NCBI GenBank assembly: GCA_018700055.1
Contig: JABISL010000042.1
Coordinates: 7,298-71,297 of the forward strand
Source: a bacterium
GTDB lineage: Bacteria > Margulisbacteria > Marinamargulisbacteria > UBA817 > JABISL01
Direction: 5' to 3'
Length of the DNA: 64,000 nucleotides
The number at the start of each line of letters is the position of its first letter. Within the stretch, counting starts at the first letter, position 1. Of the stretch, positions 49,783-62,062 are shown one piece after another. The notes under the pieces are model-generated. The model saw only the letters and a program-made list of their open reading frames with translations. It was not told where the DNA came from and searched no databases. The position numbers were made by a program, and so were the translations under genes.

Positions 49783-49983
49783 ATGGCAGTACCTAAGAAA
49801 AAACGGTCCAAATCACGGACACGAACAAAAAAAGCTAACTGGACAGTAGAGCTCCCTAACTTGAGAGCGTGCCCAAGTTGTGGCATTAAGACAGTATCTC
49901 ATAGAGCTTGTCCTGAATGTGGTCAGTACAAAGGACGACAAGTCCTTCAGATCAAAACGAAAACACCTAAAACTGAGGACTAA
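49783..49983 (+). CDS. rpmF: 50S ribosomal protein L32
   Basis: 66 aa; MAVPKKKRSKSRTR.. and CxxC..CxxC zinc ribbon. Confidence 0.9.
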   Translation: MAVPKKKRSKSRTRTKKANWTVELPNLRACPSCGIKTVSHRACPECGQYKGRQVLQIKTKTPKTED

Positions 49984-49987
49984 TCAG

Positions 49988-51037
49988 TTGGTATCCATTG
50001 CGGTAGATGTCATGGGGGGAGACCATGCACCTGGAGAAATCGTAAAAGGCGCGCTTCAGGCATTGGATTTGTTTCCGGTTAAACTAGTATTAGTTGGGCC
50101 GGAACTTGCGGTGCAGTCTGAGTTGACTCGTTTAAAGGCAACTCCAGATCAATTGGCGCGTATTACAGTTAAAAACGCGACCGAAATTGTTGAGATGTCA
50201 GAGTCTCCAACTCAGTCATTTAAACGGAAAAAAGATTCGTCTATTCGAGTGGGTATAAATGCCCTTAAACAGGGTAATGTAGAGGCGTTTGTCTCAGCGG
50301 GAAATACAGGCGCTGTGATGACCGCGGCGACCTTGGTTCTTGGACGAATATCGGGTGTAGAACGACCTGCAATTGCGACTGTTTTTCCGTCAATGAAGGG
50401 ACAAATACTACTTTTGGATATGGGCTCAAATGTGGATTGTAAGCCGCATCATTTGGTTCAATTTGGTGTAATGGGAAGTTCTTTTTCTCAGGTTTGTATG
50501 GGGGTTGAGACCCCTCGAGTCGCTTTGTTGAATATTGGAGAAGAAGCTGAAAAGGGTAATGAGGTGACACAAGCGGCTTACCCGATGTTTTCGGAGGCTC
50601 CAGTTAATTTTATAGGAAATATTGAGAGTAAACAGATTATGTTTGATGAAGCAGATGTGATTGTTTGCGATGGATTTGTTGGGAATAATATACTGAAGTT
50701 TGGTGAGGGAATAACCAAATTCTTTATAGCCTTTTTTAAACAAGCGGCTAAGACATCTTTATTATCCAAGATTGGATTGGTGTTCTTGTATCCAGCATTA
50801 AAACGATTTAAGAAGTCTACCGATCATGAAGAATTTGGTGGTGCGCCTTTGTTGGGCGTTAATGGGGTGACTATTATTGCTCATGGGAGTTCCCATGCGA
50901 AGGCGATTATGAACGCGATTCGAACAGCCTTTGATGCGATTGAAAGCCAGATGATTTCAAAGATAGCTGCTGGGATTGAGGCTGAGAATGAAGCTCATAA
51001 GATCGCAAGTGCTGTGGTTGAGGAGCCGGTAGTATGA
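49988..51037 (+). CDS. plsX: Phosphate acyltransferase PlsX
   Basis: PlsX signature (VDVMGGDHAP); start set at in-frame TTG right after rpmF stop (alternative: ATG at about 50012); the track ORF extends upstream into rpmF. Confidence 0.8.
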   Translation: MVSIAVDVMGGDHAPGEIVKGALQALDLFPVKLVLVGPELAVQSELTRLKATPDQLARITVKNATEIVEMSESPTQSFKRKKDSSIRVGINALKQGNVEAFVSAGNTGAVMTAATLVLGRISGVERPAIATVFPSMKGQILLLDMGSNVDCKPHHLVQFGVMGSSFSQVCMGVETPRVALLNIGEEAEKGNEVTQAAYPMFSEAPVNFIGNIESKQIMFDEADVIVCDGFVGNNILKFGEGITKFFIAFFKQAAKTSLLSKIGLVFLYPALKRFKKSTDHEEFGGAPLLGVNGVTIIAHGSSHAKAIMNAIRTAFDAIESQMISKIAAGIEAENEAHKIASAVVEEPVV

Positions 51038-52035
51038 CCCCAATAGGAATTATTGGTGTTGGACACGCGGTGCCAGATAATGACGTTAAGAATGTTGATT
51101 TGGTGGCTATGGGGGTGGAGACCACAGATGAGTGGATTCGTGAGCGAACAGGTATTAGTGCTAGACGCATTGCGGATGCGGATACCAATACGTCTGATTT
51201 AGCGATAAAGGCAGCGCAACAAGCGATTGATCGGTCGGGAATTAACCCGGATGATATTGGTGTGGTTATATGTGCCACATCTACCCCAGATTTTGGTGGA
51301 TTTCCTTCGACAGCTTGTTTGGTTCAGCGTGCATTAGGCTTAGGACAAGTTCCTGCTTTTGATATTGCGGCGGCTTGCACTGGGTTCAATTATGCCCTGG
51401 AGTGCGGTGAATTATTTGTATCAAGTGGAAAGGCCAAGGCCGCTTTGGTGATTGCTGGGGATTGCTTGAGTAAGGTGATTAATTGGGATGATCGATCGAC
51501 TTGTGTATTATTCGGAGATGGAGCGGGAGCTGTTGTCTTGAGTAATGTAGCCTCTGGATATGGCATTATTAAGTCGACCTTATATTCTGATGGCACGCAT
51601 TCCGACATTCTTAAAATTGAGCCGGGTGTGCCTCGTAAACCTTTTCATAGTGACGATAGACTCGAAAAAAGCCCATATATAGTAATGAAGGGGCCTTCTG
51701 TTTATAAAGTGGCTGTGGCGTCTGTTCAGAAATCAGTTGAACAAATTCTTGCCGATGCAAATGTCAATCCAGAGTCATTGGATGCGGTGATATTTCATCA
51801 AGCGAATCTTAGAATTATGAATGCGGTTCGTGATCGACTGGGATTATCTGAAGAAAAGGTTTTAACGACGATCGAAAAATATGGCAATACGTCAGCGGCT
51901 TCAATTCCGATTACCTTGTCTGAGCATATTGAGTCGGGCCATGTAAAAGAAGGTGACTTGATCTTAATGGTTGGGTTTGGCGGCGGATTTACTTGGGCAA
52001 CAACATTAGTAAGATACGGCGGAAAGGAGTCCTAA
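51034..52035 (+). CDS. fabH: 3-oxoacyl-ACP synthase III
   Basis: 333 aa; catalytic Cys (AACTGF), His/Asn motifs. Confidence 0.9.
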   Translation: MTPIGIIGVGHAVPDNDVKNVDLVAMGVETTDEWIRERTGISARRIADADTNTSDLAIKAAQQAIDRSGINPDDIGVVICATSTPDFGGFPSTACLVQRALGLGQVPAFDIAAACTGFNYALECGELFVSSGKAKAALVIAGDCLSKVINWDDRSTCVLFGDGAGAVVLSNVASGYGIIKSTLYSDGTHSDILKIEPGVPRKPFHSDDRLEKSPYIVMKGPSVYKVAVASVQKSVEQILADANVNPESLDAVIFHQANLRIMNAVRDRLGLSEEKVLTTIEKYGNTSAASIPITLSEHIESGHVKEGDLILMVGFGGGFTWATTLVRYGGKES

Positions 52036-52036
52036 T

Positions 52037-52975
52037 ATGACACGTTTAGCAATTTGTTTTCCTGGGCAAGGGTCTCAGGCAGTAGGAATGGGACAAGATC
52101 TCTATAATGAGTTTGATTCCGTTAAGACTTTATTTGATGAAGCAGGCACTATTCTAGGCAAAGATATTAAGAAAATTTGTTTTGAAGGTCCTGAAGAAGA
52201 GTTGATGCAAACCGAAAATACCCAAGTGGCTATTTTTCTTGTATCTGTGGCGCTGTACCAACAATTAAAATTAAGTGGGATAACGCCTAGTTTTGTAACA
52301 GGTCATAGTTTGGGTGAGTTAACGGCTTATTATGCGGCCGGTGTTTTGGATCTAGAGACGGCTCTTGCGGCGGTGATTAGAAGAGGTCAGTTGATGTCTC
52401 AAGCGCACCCTAAGGCAGAGAGTGCGATGGCGGCTGTGATGGGAATGGATATTGTGGCTCTCGAAGCGGTAGTGACAGCTCATGACGCGGGTGTAGCTGT
52501 GGTAGCTAATTATAATTCCGCTGCTCAAGTAGTTATCTCTGGTGAACGTGTTGCGATTGAAGCGGTCTCAGAATCCCTAAAAGAAGCGGGTGCTAAACGT
52601 GTGATTCCTTTAAAAGTAGGCGGTGCATTTCATTCGCCATTAATGGAATCAGCAGTGGTGCCTTTTACTGAGTTTTTATCTGATAAGTCATTTAATAATG
52701 CATCTGTTCCAGTAATTCTGGATCGGACGGCTCAACCTGAATCAGATGCTGAGTTACTTCGAAGTAATTTGCCGGAGCAAATTCGTAGTTCCGTTCAGTG
52801 GACATCTATTTCCCAGTTTTTGGGTAAGAATGTCGATGTTGTGATTGAGTGTGGTCCTGGGCGCGTGTTATCAGGCTTGCTTAAGAAAACTAGTCCAGAC
52901 CTTACTATTTTTAGTATTTTTAACTTGGAAAGCCTTAATACAGTGTTGCCAGAACTGACTAGCGCTGTAGAGTAG
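52037..52975 (+). CDS. fabD: Malonyl-CoA:ACP transacylase
   Basis: 312 aa; GHSLGE active-site motif. Confidence 0.9.
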   Translation: MTRLAICFPGQGSQAVGMGQDLYNEFDSVKTLFDEAGTILGKDIKKICFEGPEEELMQTENTQVAIFLVSVALYQQLKLSGITPSFVTGHSLGELTAYYAAGVLDLETALAAVIRRGQLMSQAHPKAESAMAAVMGMDIVALEAVVTAHDAGVAVVANYNSAAQVVISGERVAIEAVSESLKEAGAKRVIPLKVGGAFHSPLMESAVVPFTEFLSDKSFNNASVPVILDRTAQPESDAELLRSNLPEQIRSSVQWTSISQFLGKNVDVVIECGPGRVLSGLLKKTSPDLTIFSIFNLESLNTVLPELTSAVE

Positions 52976-53027
52976 GCCAATTAATATGACAACAACAACA
53001 GAAGAAAAAACGAAGGTGGGTGCAGGA

Positions 53028-53774
53028 ATGTTAGTAAAAGATAAAGTGATTATTGTTACTGGTGCTAGCCGAGGAATCGGAAAAGATATCGCTACGGCCT
53101 TGGCTGCAAATGGTGCCACATTAGCGATTTGTTCTACTAAGTCAGAAGTGGCTCAGAGTGTTGCGAAAGACTTGGCTGATACATATTCAATACAAGCCCA
53201 AGGGTGGGGCGTAGATGTATCTGATATGGCGTCTGTTAAATCGTTTATAGAAGAAGTCGTAAAAACGTTTGGACGTGTAGATGTATTGATTAACAATGCC
53301 GGGATTACTCGTGATAACTTATTAATGCGAATGAGTGAAGAAGAATGGCAAGCGGTATTGGATACTAATTTGAATTCTGTTTTCTATACAACCAAGTCTG
53401 TCATTCGTCCGATGCTCAAACAAAAAGGGGGACGGATTGTTAATATCGCCTCAGTTGTGGGCGTTATGGGAAATGCGGGGCAATCCAATTATGCGGCTTC
53501 TAAGGGCGGAATGATTGCATTTACGAAGTCGATTGCGCGAGAATATGGCGCAAAAGGGATCCTTGCTAATACAGTGGCACCTGGATTTGTAGAGACAGAG
53601 ATGATTGAATCGTTGCCGGACGATTATCTTAATAATATAATAAGTAACATTCCGCTTAAGCGATTGGGTAAGGCTGAGGAAATAGCCAACCTTGTTTTGT
53701 TTTTAGCTTCGGATTTATCCGGGTATATGACAGGACAAGTATTCAATATCGATGGCGGAATGGTTATGAACTAA
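53028..53774 (+). CDS. fabG: 3-oxoacyl-ACP reductase
   Basis: TGASRGIG Rossmann motif, YAASK catalytic motif; start set at ATG preceded by AAGGTGG (the track ORF starts 14 codons upstream without RBS). Confidence 0.85.
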   Translation: MLVKDKVIIVTGASRGIGKDIATALAANGATLAICSTKSEVAQSVAKDLADTYSIQAQGWGVDVSDMASVKSFIEEVVKTFGRVDVLINNAGITRDNLLMRMSEEEWQAVLDTNLNSVFYTTKSVIRPMLKQKGGRIVNIASVVGVMGNAGQSNYAASKGGMIAFTKSIAREYGAKGILANTVAPGFVETEMIESLPDDYLNNIISNIPLKRLGKAEEIANLVLFLASDLSGYMTGQVFNIDGGMVMN

Positions 53775-53792
53775 AATCAGGAGGAATTAATA

Positions 53793-54041
53793 ATGGCATT
53801 ATCACGCGAAGACATTCTTGCAAAAGTTAAGACAGTAGTAATAGAGCAATTAGGAGTATCAGAGGAAGAAGTAACTGAGGAAGCATCATTTACTGAAGAC
53901 CTAGGTGCTGATTCTTTGGATACAGTAGAATTGGTAATGGCTCTTGAAGAAGAGTTCTCTACCGAGATTGCAGACGATGAAGCTGAAAAGCTTACGACTG
54001 TAGCATTAACAGTAAATCACATTGAGAAAAGCTTAGCTTAA
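53793..54041 (+). CDS. acpP: Acyl carrier protein
   Basis: 82 aa; DSLD phosphopantetheine site; GGAGG RBS. Confidence 0.9.
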   Translation: MALSREDILAKVKTVVIEQLGVSEEEVTEEASFTEDLGADSLDTVELVMALEEEFSTEIADDEAEKLTTVALTVNHIEKSLA

Positions 54042-54171
54042 GCCTTTCGTATTGAAAGGATGTCCGGGGGTTCTTTTTATTTAGATACTGTCTATTTAAG
54101 AAGGGTGGGCACCTTTTGATTGGGAGCCCCTTCAAGGGGGAGTATTAGTTAAGAAAAAAAAGGAGAGTCAA

Positions 54172-55407
54172 TTGTCTGAAAAGCGAGTTGTAATTACAGG
54201 GTTAGGAACCGTAAATCCTATTGGTAGTAATGTGCCTGACTATGAAGCGGCATTAAAATTAGGGAAGTGTGGGATTACGAAGATCACCAAGTTTGATGTA
54301 TCTGACTATACGACCAAAATTGCAGCGACACTTAAAGATGATGTGGACTTATCTCTCCATTTTGATAAAAAAGAACTTAGACGCTATTCTCGATTTGTAA
54401 TGTTAGCGGTTGTTGCTGCAACAGAAGCCGTCAAAGACTCCGGTCTTGATGTTGAGAAAGAAGCGGATCAGATTGGTGTTGAAATTGGATCGGGTATTGG
54501 TGGTATCGAAATACTTGAGCAAACGTGTAAAACGTTAGCTGAGAGTGGGCCATCTAGAGTGGGTCCTTTTACAGTGCCAATGATGATTCCCGATATGGCC
54601 GCAGGGTTAGTATCTATTCGAACAGGAGCCAAAGGACCTAATAGTGCTTCTGTTACAGCTTGTGCATCTGGTACTCATTCAATGGGTAATGCATATCGTA
54701 TTATCCAACGTGGTGATGCGGTTGCGATGATTGCCGGTGGATCTGAAGCTTGTGTAACACCTGTTGGATTAGCGAGTTTTTGTGCGGCGAGATCGTTATC
54801 TCAAAACGAAGACCCCTTAACAGCTTGCCGTCCATTTGATGGTGCTAGGGATGGATTCGTAATGGGTGAAGGTGCAGGTGTGTTGGTATTCGAAGAATAT
54901 GAGCATGCTAAGGCACGTGGCGCGACTATTTATGCTGAAGTAATTGGGTTTGGTTCATCAGGCGATTCTTATCATATTACTGCACCCGCACCAGAAGGTG
55001 AGGGCGGATCTAGAGCATTTGCTAAGGCACTTAAAGATGCTGGGATTAACCCAAGTGATATTGATTATATTAATGCGCATGGAACATCTACCATCTTGAA
55101 TGATAAAAATGAAACGGCAGCGATTAAGAAGATTATGGGCGACGATGCATATAAGGTTGCAATTAGCTCAACGAAATCTATGACAGGCCATTTATTGGGT
55201 GCTGCTGGTGCAATTGAGATTGTAGCTGGATGTCTCGCTATTCGTGATAGCTTTGTTCCGCCAACGATTAACTATAATACGGTTGATCCTGATTGTGATC
55301 TTAACTATACGCCAAATGAGGCCGTTGATAAGAACATTGATGTGATGGTTTCCAACTCCTTTGGATTTGGTGGGCACAACGCAGTAATCGCTATCAAAAA
55401 AGTCTAG
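54172..55407 (+). CDS. fabF: 3-oxoacyl-ACP synthase II
   Basis: 411 aa; catalytic Cys (ACASG), His-His (HGTST, GHLLGAAG). Confidence 0.9.
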   Translation: MSEKRVVITGLGTVNPIGSNVPDYEAALKLGKCGITKITKFDVSDYTTKIAATLKDDVDLSLHFDKKELRRYSRFVMLAVVAATEAVKDSGLDVEKEADQIGVEIGSGIGGIEILEQTCKTLAESGPSRVGPFTVPMMIPDMAAGLVSIRTGAKGPNSASVTACASGTHSMGNAYRIIQRGDAVAMIAGGSEACVTPVGLASFCAARSLSQNEDPLTACRPFDGARDGFVMGEGAGVLVFEEYEHAKARGATIYAEVIGFGSSGDSYHITAPAPEGEGGSRAFAKALKDAGINPSDIDYINAHGTSTILNDKNETAAIKKIMGDDAYKVAISSTKSMTGHLLGAAGAIEIVAGCLAIRDSFVPPTINYNTVDPDCDLNYTPNEAVDKNIDVMVSNSFGFGGHNAVIAIKKV

Positions 55408-55522
55408 ACAGACTTAGTTTTTCGGATATTTAAATATCCAGAATCTAAAAGTCGCCCATCACAATAAAATTAGTCTTGTTTAAATAAGATTAGAATAATC
55501 CAGTTTATGGAATGTTCTAATG

Positions 55523-55549
55523 AGGGCGTTATTTAATAGCCCTTTTTTT
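55523..55549 (+). terminator. Weak terminator-like hairpin (AGGGC..GCCCT) plus TTTTTTT after fabF
   Basis: 5-bp stem, 11-nt loop, T7 run; second palindrome GGATATTTAAATATCC at about 55423. Confidence 0.35.
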
Positions 55550-55565
55550 CTGCTATACTAATTTT

Positions 55566-56135
55566 ATGTTGATTGCAGGTGTGGATGAAGCAGGAAGGGG
55601 GGCCTTAGCAGGTCCATTAGTAGCAGCCGCGGTGATACTGGGGGATGATCTTGATTATACGCTGTTAGGCGATTCTAAGGTGCTGACAGCAGCTAAGCGA
55701 GATAAGTTGTTTGATCTAATTTATGCATCAGACTCCTATATTGGGGTATCGATAGTCCCACGCAACGTAGTGGATGCGCGGAACGTACTTCAAGCAACTT
55801 TATCTGGGATGGCTAAGTCTGTCGCTAGATTGAAGGTACACCCAGAGCTGGTACTGATAGATGGGAATAAAGCACCTGATATTAGAGATTGTAAGGTAGA
55901 GACGATTGTTAAAGGGGATGCAACCGAGCCTTGTATATCAGCTGCATCGATTATAGCCAAAGTTACTCGAGATCGAATTATGTGCCGTTATGATGAAAAA
56001 TATCCTGGTTATGCTTTTTCAACGCATAAGGGTTATGGTACTCAGCAGCATTACGATGCGGTATTCGAGCATGGGTTGTCGTTAATACATCGGCGAACAT
56101 TCACGATAAGTCGACAGGAGACGCTTTTTACGTGA
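55566..56135 (+). CDS. rnhB: Ribonuclease HII
   Basis: 189 aa; DEAGRG active-site motif at N-terminus. Confidence 0.85.
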   Translation: MLIAGVDEAGRGALAGPLVAAAVILGDDLDYTLLGDSKVLTAAKRDKLFDLIYASDSYIGVSIVPRNVVDARNVLQATLSGMAKSVARLKVHPELVLIDGNKAPDIRDCKVETIVKGDATEPCISAASIIAKVTRDRIMCRYDEKYPGYAFSTHKGYGTQQHYDAVFEHGLSLIHRRTFTISRQETLFT

Positions 56136-56491
56136 CAGCGCTATCCCGAAAGCAGAAAGGAAACTTGGGTGAGGCATTTGCAGCCAAGTATCTTGAGGGG
56201 AAAGGGTATCGAATTATAGATCGGAACTTTTATGCCAAGGGTGGAGAACTTGATATTATTGCAAAGACTAATGATGGGGTTTGGGTGTTTGTAGAGGTCA
56301 AATCATATAAGTCCAATTCACCAATTCACCCTTTAGAGGCAATAACCCCACTTAAGCAACGGCGTATCATTCGGACTGCACAAGTCTACATAGCCACTCG
56401 TATTTATAAAGAAGTGGCTAGTAGATTTGATTGTGTAGTTATCCAAGACGGAGAGGTCACTCATCATCTTGAAAACTGTATTAGTCTTTAA
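56132..56491 (+). CDS. yraN: UPF0102/YraN-family endonuclease-like protein
   Basis: 119 aa; YraN signature (GE..A..YL...GY.I..RN). Confidence 0.7.
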   Translation: MTALSRKQKGNLGEAFAAKYLEGKGYRIIDRNFYAKGGELDIIAKTNDGVWVFVEVKSYKSNSPIHPLEAITPLKQRRIIRTAQVYIATRIYKEVASRFDCVVIQDGEVTHHLENCISL

Positions 56492-56887
56492 GAAGTACCT
56501 TTAGACGGTTTTCTGCACGGATCAAGGATGCTTTTGCACGAGCCGTATCCGTTTCTTTTTTAGGTTTCTTAATGCGATCTTCCGCGCGTTGCTTAGCGGC
56601 TTCAGCGCGTTTTTGATCAATTGTTTTTTTCTCTTCCACAAAAGGGGCCATGATTGTGATGGTCTTTTTTGTGATATGTGCGACACCTTCAGGGACAAAG
56701 TAAGTTGTCTCTGTGGCATTGATGTCACGAGTCATTAACTTGCCAGGCTTAAGAATGACAAGCATTGGGGTGTGAGAAGGGGTTACCCCAATCTCACCGG
56801 TAATACTCATTAACTTAGTGAAGCTAACTGTTTTTTCAACAGCCGTTCCTTCAGGCGTTACTACTTTGAACCCAATCTGACCGGACA

Positions 56888-56888
<1 letters not shown>
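56481..56888 (-). CDS. atpC: ATP synthase F1 epsilon subunit
   Basis: 135 aa; position and sequence typical. Confidence 0.85.
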
Positions 56889-58324
<1,436 letters not shown>

Positions 58325-59191
58325 CTAGTTAAGCGATGCTGCGCCGGCTACAATTTCTGTTAATTCTGTTGTAATCGCCGCTTGCCTGGACCGGTTAAAC
58401 AGTAGGGTTAAATCTTTAATCATTTCTGAAGCGTTATCTGTTGCAGAATCCATTGCTGTCATTCGAGCACCTTCTTCTGCGGCCTTACTTTCTAGTTGTG
58501 CTTGTAACACGATTTGAAAAATTAACTTAGTAATAACCGCTTCTAATACTGCTTCTTTACTAGGTTCATAAATAAAGTCTGCATCGGTAACGGTTTCTGA
58601 AGGCCAATCTTTTAGTTCAAAGGGCAGTAATTGTTTTTCTACTTCTTGAGTAGTAAGTACTGACACAAATTCACTATAAATCAGTGTAATCTTTCCATAT
58701 GCGCCATTAATGTAATCAGTGACTAATGGGGCAACAATTTTTTCAATAGCGGATTCAGTAATTAGATCACCTGCAAGTCCGATAATAGAGTCTCTGATTG
58801 TTGCATTCTCATTTTTGAGTTGCTGGTTCCCTTTGTTTCCAATCAGAATCAAGTCAATATCGGTGTCTTTTTTATCAGCAATGACCCGTTTGGCTTTTTT
58901 GATGATGTTGCTATTAAATCCACCACAAAGACCGCGGTCACCAGTAATCAAAATAATCGCTTCTTTGGTGCCTCGTCCCGGCTCAAGTAAAGAAGGTAAG
59001 TTGTTCGGAGATAATCGCGCTGATAAATCATTGATCATATTTCCGAGTGCATCTCCGTATAACTTCGCTTTTGTAACGCGCTCTTGAGCACGTCTGAACT
59101 TCGAAGCCGCTACCATTTTCATCGCCGAAGTGATTTTTTTGGTTTTTTTAACGGATACGATGCGTTGTTTAACTTCGCGTAAGTTAGCCAT
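58325..59191 (-). CDS. atpG: ATP synthase F1 gamma subunit
   Basis: 288 aa. Confidence 0.9.
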   Translation of the reverse strand: MANLREVKQRIVSVKKTKKITSAMKMVAASKFRRAQERVTKAKLYGDALGNMINDLSARLSPNNLPSLLEPGRGTKEAIILITGDRGLCGGFNSNIIKKAKRVIADKKDTDIDLILIGNKGNQQLKNENATIRDSIIGLAGDLITESAIEKIVAPLVTDYINGAYGKITLIYSEFVSVLTTQEVEKQLLPFELKDWPSETVTDADFIYEPSKEAVLEAVITKLIFQIVLQAQLESKAAEEGARMTAMDSATDNASEMIKDLTLLFNRSRQAAITTELTEIVAGAASLN

Positions 59192-59206
59192 TGGTATCTA
59201 TAATCC

Positions 59207-60715
59207 TTAGTCTACAAACAGTTTCTGGATGTCTTTGATGACCTTTTCCAGTGTGGCTGATATGTCGTCGGATAGTTTCTTTTCAGATTCAATTTGGTCT
59301 AGAAGGGCACTGTGTTCCATGTTTAGTACAGAGTGTAGCTCTTTTTCGAACTCGCGAACCTTGTTAACAGGGACTTCATCAAGAAGGCCTTTAACTGTTG
59401 CATATACAATTGCGATCTGAAGTGAAATACGAAGCGGTGTATATTGGTTTTGTTTCAGAATCTCAATGAGACGCTTTCCACGTTCCAATTGGCTTAATGT
59501 ACTCTTGTCTAAATCTGATCCAAATTGAGCAAAGGCTTCAATTTCCCAGTACTGAGATAGATCAAGTCTCAAACTACCAGCGACTTGTTTCGTCGCTTTG
59601 ATCTGAGCGTTGCCACCTACACGAGATACTGAAATACCAGGGTTAACCGCTGGTTTAATACCAGAGTTATATAGATCTGATTCTAAGTAGATTTGTCCAT
59701 CTGTAATAGAGATAACGTTAGTAGGGATGTAAGCAGATACATCACCGGCTTGTGTTTCAATGATTGGAAGCGCTGTAATAGATCCGCCACCTTTTTCATC
59801 AGAATACTTAAGCGCACGCTCAAGAAGTCTGGAGTGGAGATAGAATACATCTCCAGGGAATGCTTCACGTCCAGGAGGACGCTTCATTAGTAGTGATAAT
59901 TGACGGTAAGCAACAGCGTGCTTGGAAAGGTCATCATAAACGACCAATACATGTTTGCCGGCTTCTGCAAATTCTTCTGCAATTGCACATGCGGAGTAAG
60001 GTGCCATGTACTGCAATGTTGCAGAATCAGATGCGGATGCAGAGACAACTACTGTGAAGTCCATTGCGCCGTATTCTTTTAATGTTTCTACAACCTGAGC
60101 TGTAGATGATTTCTTTTGGCCAATTGCAACGTATACACAAATAACGTCACTGCCTTTTTGATTAATAATAGTGTCGATCGCAATCGCAGACTTACCAGTC
60201 TTACGGTCGCCAATAATCAACTCACGTTGACCACGTCCGATAGGAATCATCATATCGATCGCTTTAATTCCTGTTTGCATTGGCTCAGTAACAGGCTGTC
60301 TGTCACATACGCCAGCGGCTACCTTTTCAATTTGGCGAGTCGCTGTTGTTTTGATTGGGCCAGCACCATCGATGCCTTGTCCTAAAGGATCAACTACGCG
60401 TCCGATCATAGCTTCCCCAACAGGGATACTCATTACTTTTCCTGTACGCTCTACAGTATCGCCTTCTTTTACTAATTCGGCGTTACCAAGGATTACTACT
60501 CCAACGTTGTCTTCTTCCAAGTTGAATACCATACCAATAACGTTTTTAGGGAAAGAGACCATTTCCCCGGCCATGACATTTTCTAGTCCGAATACACGGG
60601 CAATACTGTCACCAACTTGAAGGACGGTACCGACTTCTTTAACATCTACTTTCCAGTCGATGTTTTCGATTTCTTTTTCTAATATTGCTGTGATTTCTTC
60701 GGGTTTAATACTCAT
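59207..60715 (-). CDS. atpA: ATP synthase F1 alpha subunit
   Basis: 502 aa; Walker A GDRKTGKS. Confidence 0.95.
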   Translation of the reverse strand: MSIKPEEITAILEKEIENIDWKVDVKEVGTVLQVGDSIARVFGLENVMAGEMVSFPKNVIGMVFNLEEDNVGVVILGNAELVKEGDTVERTGKVMSIPVGEAMIGRVVDPLGQGIDGAGPIKTTATRQIEKVAAGVCDRQPVTEPMQTGIKAIDMMIPIGRGQRELIIGDRKTGKSAIAIDTIINQKGSDVICVYVAIGQKKSSTAQVVETLKEYGAMDFTVVVSASASDSATLQYMAPYSACAIAEEFAEAGKHVLVVYDDLSKHAVAYRQLSLLMKRPPGREAFPGDVFYLHSRLLERALKYSDEKGGGSITALPIIETQAGDVSAYIPTNVISITDGQIYLESDLYNSGIKPAVNPGISVSRVGGNAQIKATKQVAGSLRLDLSQYWEIEAFAQFGSDLDKSTLSQLERGKRLIEILKQNQYTPLRISLQIAIVYATVKGLLDEVPVNKVREFEKELHSVLNMEHSALLDQIESEKKLSDDISATLEKVIKDIQKLFVD

Positions 60716-60726
60716 GGTAGGTCTCC

Positions 60727-61269
60727 TTAATTCTTAGTAGATAGACGGGCTTTAAATTGACGAAGGGACTGCTGAACAGACCCATCGTATACGGTATTGT
60801 CTATTGTGGCCTTGAATCCACCGATTAAGTCGGCGTCAATTCCAAATGATACACGTAGTTTTTTATCACTTCTAAGCTGAAGTTCTTGAACAATCTTTTG
60901 CTGTGTAGTTTCACTCACTTCAGAAGCGGTTAGAATGGTCGTTTCCGCTGTATTATGGAAGTTAAGTAATGCACGTTTAGCAGTTGTTTGTATTTGCGGT
61001 AACAAATGTAATCGTTTCTTTTGAATTAGCACACGGAAGAAATTATTCAGGTGTTTGTTTTTGCTGAACTTTTCTACAGCAGAAATAAGAATAGATAAAC
61101 GATCCTTTTCAGATGTCATTGGGCTTTGCAAAGTCGCCCAAACGTTTTCATTATTCATTATTGCTTGGCTAGCATCACCTAAAGCAGAAACCACCTTATC
61201 GGTAGTCTTGTTGTCGAGGTTAGCGATTAATGCGTTGGTATATCGTTCTGCTAGGGTGCTATCACTCAT
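60727..61269 (-). CDS. atpH: ATP synthase F1 delta (OSCP) subunit
   Basis: 180 aa. Confidence 0.8.
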   Translation of the reverse strand: MSDSTLAERYTNALIANLDNKTTDKVVSALGDASQAIMNNENVWATLQSPMTSEKDRLSILISAVEKFSKNKHLNNFFRVLIQKKRLHLLPQIQTTAKRALLNFHNTAETTILTASEVSETTQQKIVQELQLRSDKKLRVSFGIDADLIGGFKATIDNTVYDGSVQQSLRQFKARLSTKN

Positions 61270-61751
61270 TAGTTTTTTATCCGTTCCAAATAATCTTGGA
61301 TTAATCCGGTTTGTTTGTCTTTATCAAGGGTTTCTTTTAGGACTTTTTCTGTAAGTTGAATCGTTAGAGTAGCGGCTTCACTTGTTAAAGTTTGCTTCGC
61401 GCGCTGAATGTCTTGGTCGATCTCTTTCTTAGCGTTCTGAACCAATTGCTTGGACTCTTCTCTGCTTTTGCTGATTGCGATATCGCGTTCCGCTTTAGCA
61501 GAGTCTTCTGCTTTGGATCTTATGTCCTTCGCTTCAAGATGTGCTTTTTTAAGCAGTTCTTTGTGCTCAGTTAAGATTCGTTCAGATTCATTGCGACTCG
61601 ACTCTGATTCTGCGATATTATTCTTGATTGAATCCGCACGGTTTTTAAGGAAGTCCGAAAGGGGCTTCGATAAAAAACGCTTCAACAACCAGAACAATAC
61701 TGCAAAGTTGATGATTTGGAATAATATTTCGTAGAGATTGATGGAAATCAC
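61269..61751 (-). CDS. atpF: ATP synthase Fo b subunit
   Basis: 160 aa; N-terminal TM helix then long charged helix. Confidence 0.8.
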   Translation of the reverse strand: MISINLYEILFQIINFAVLFWLLKRFLSKPLSDFLKNRADSIKNNIAESESSRNESERILTEHKELLKKAHLEAKDIRSKAEDSAKAERDIAISKSREESKQLVQNAKKEIDQDIQRAKQTLTSEAATLTIQLTEKVLKETLDKDKQTGLIQDYLERIKN

Positions 61752-61770
61752 TGTTTGACTCCTTAACCCT

Positions 61771-62022
61771 TTAGACTACGAAGATTAAGATCAAGGCAAC
61801 TACTAGAGCATAAATGCCAGTAGTTTCAGAAATAGCCTGACCAATAATCATTGTTTTTGTAATTAAGTTAGCTTCGTCTGGACGGTTACCGATTGCTTCA
61901 CAAGCTTTTCCGCCAACAAATCCTTCTCCGATTCCAGGTCCGATTGCTCCGAATCCCATAGCAATACCTGCTGCTAGTAATGCTAATGCTTTTATAAGTT
62001 CTGCTCCGCTAATTGTTTCCAT
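61771..62022 (-). CDS. atpE: ATP synthase Fo c subunit (single hairpin, carboxylate present; ETTGIY motif)
   Basis: 83 aa; GxGxGxG helix 1, loop RPDE, helix 2 IGQAISETTGIYALVVALILIFVV. Confidence 0.9.
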   Translation of the reverse strand: METISGAELIKALALLAAGIAMGFGAIGPGIGEGFVGGKACEAIGNRPDEANLITKTMIIGQAISETTGIYALVVALILIFVV

Positions 62023-62062
62023 GTGAAATCCTCCTAAGAATTTAAGTTCAAAATTATATCAG

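Noticed and set aside
52986-53027. N-terminal extension MTTTTEEKTKVGAG of the fabG ORF
   Set aside because: No RBS before the 52986 ATG. A good AAGGTGG RBS precedes the ATG at 53028, which also matches the usual FabG N-terminus (M..K..VTGASRGIG).
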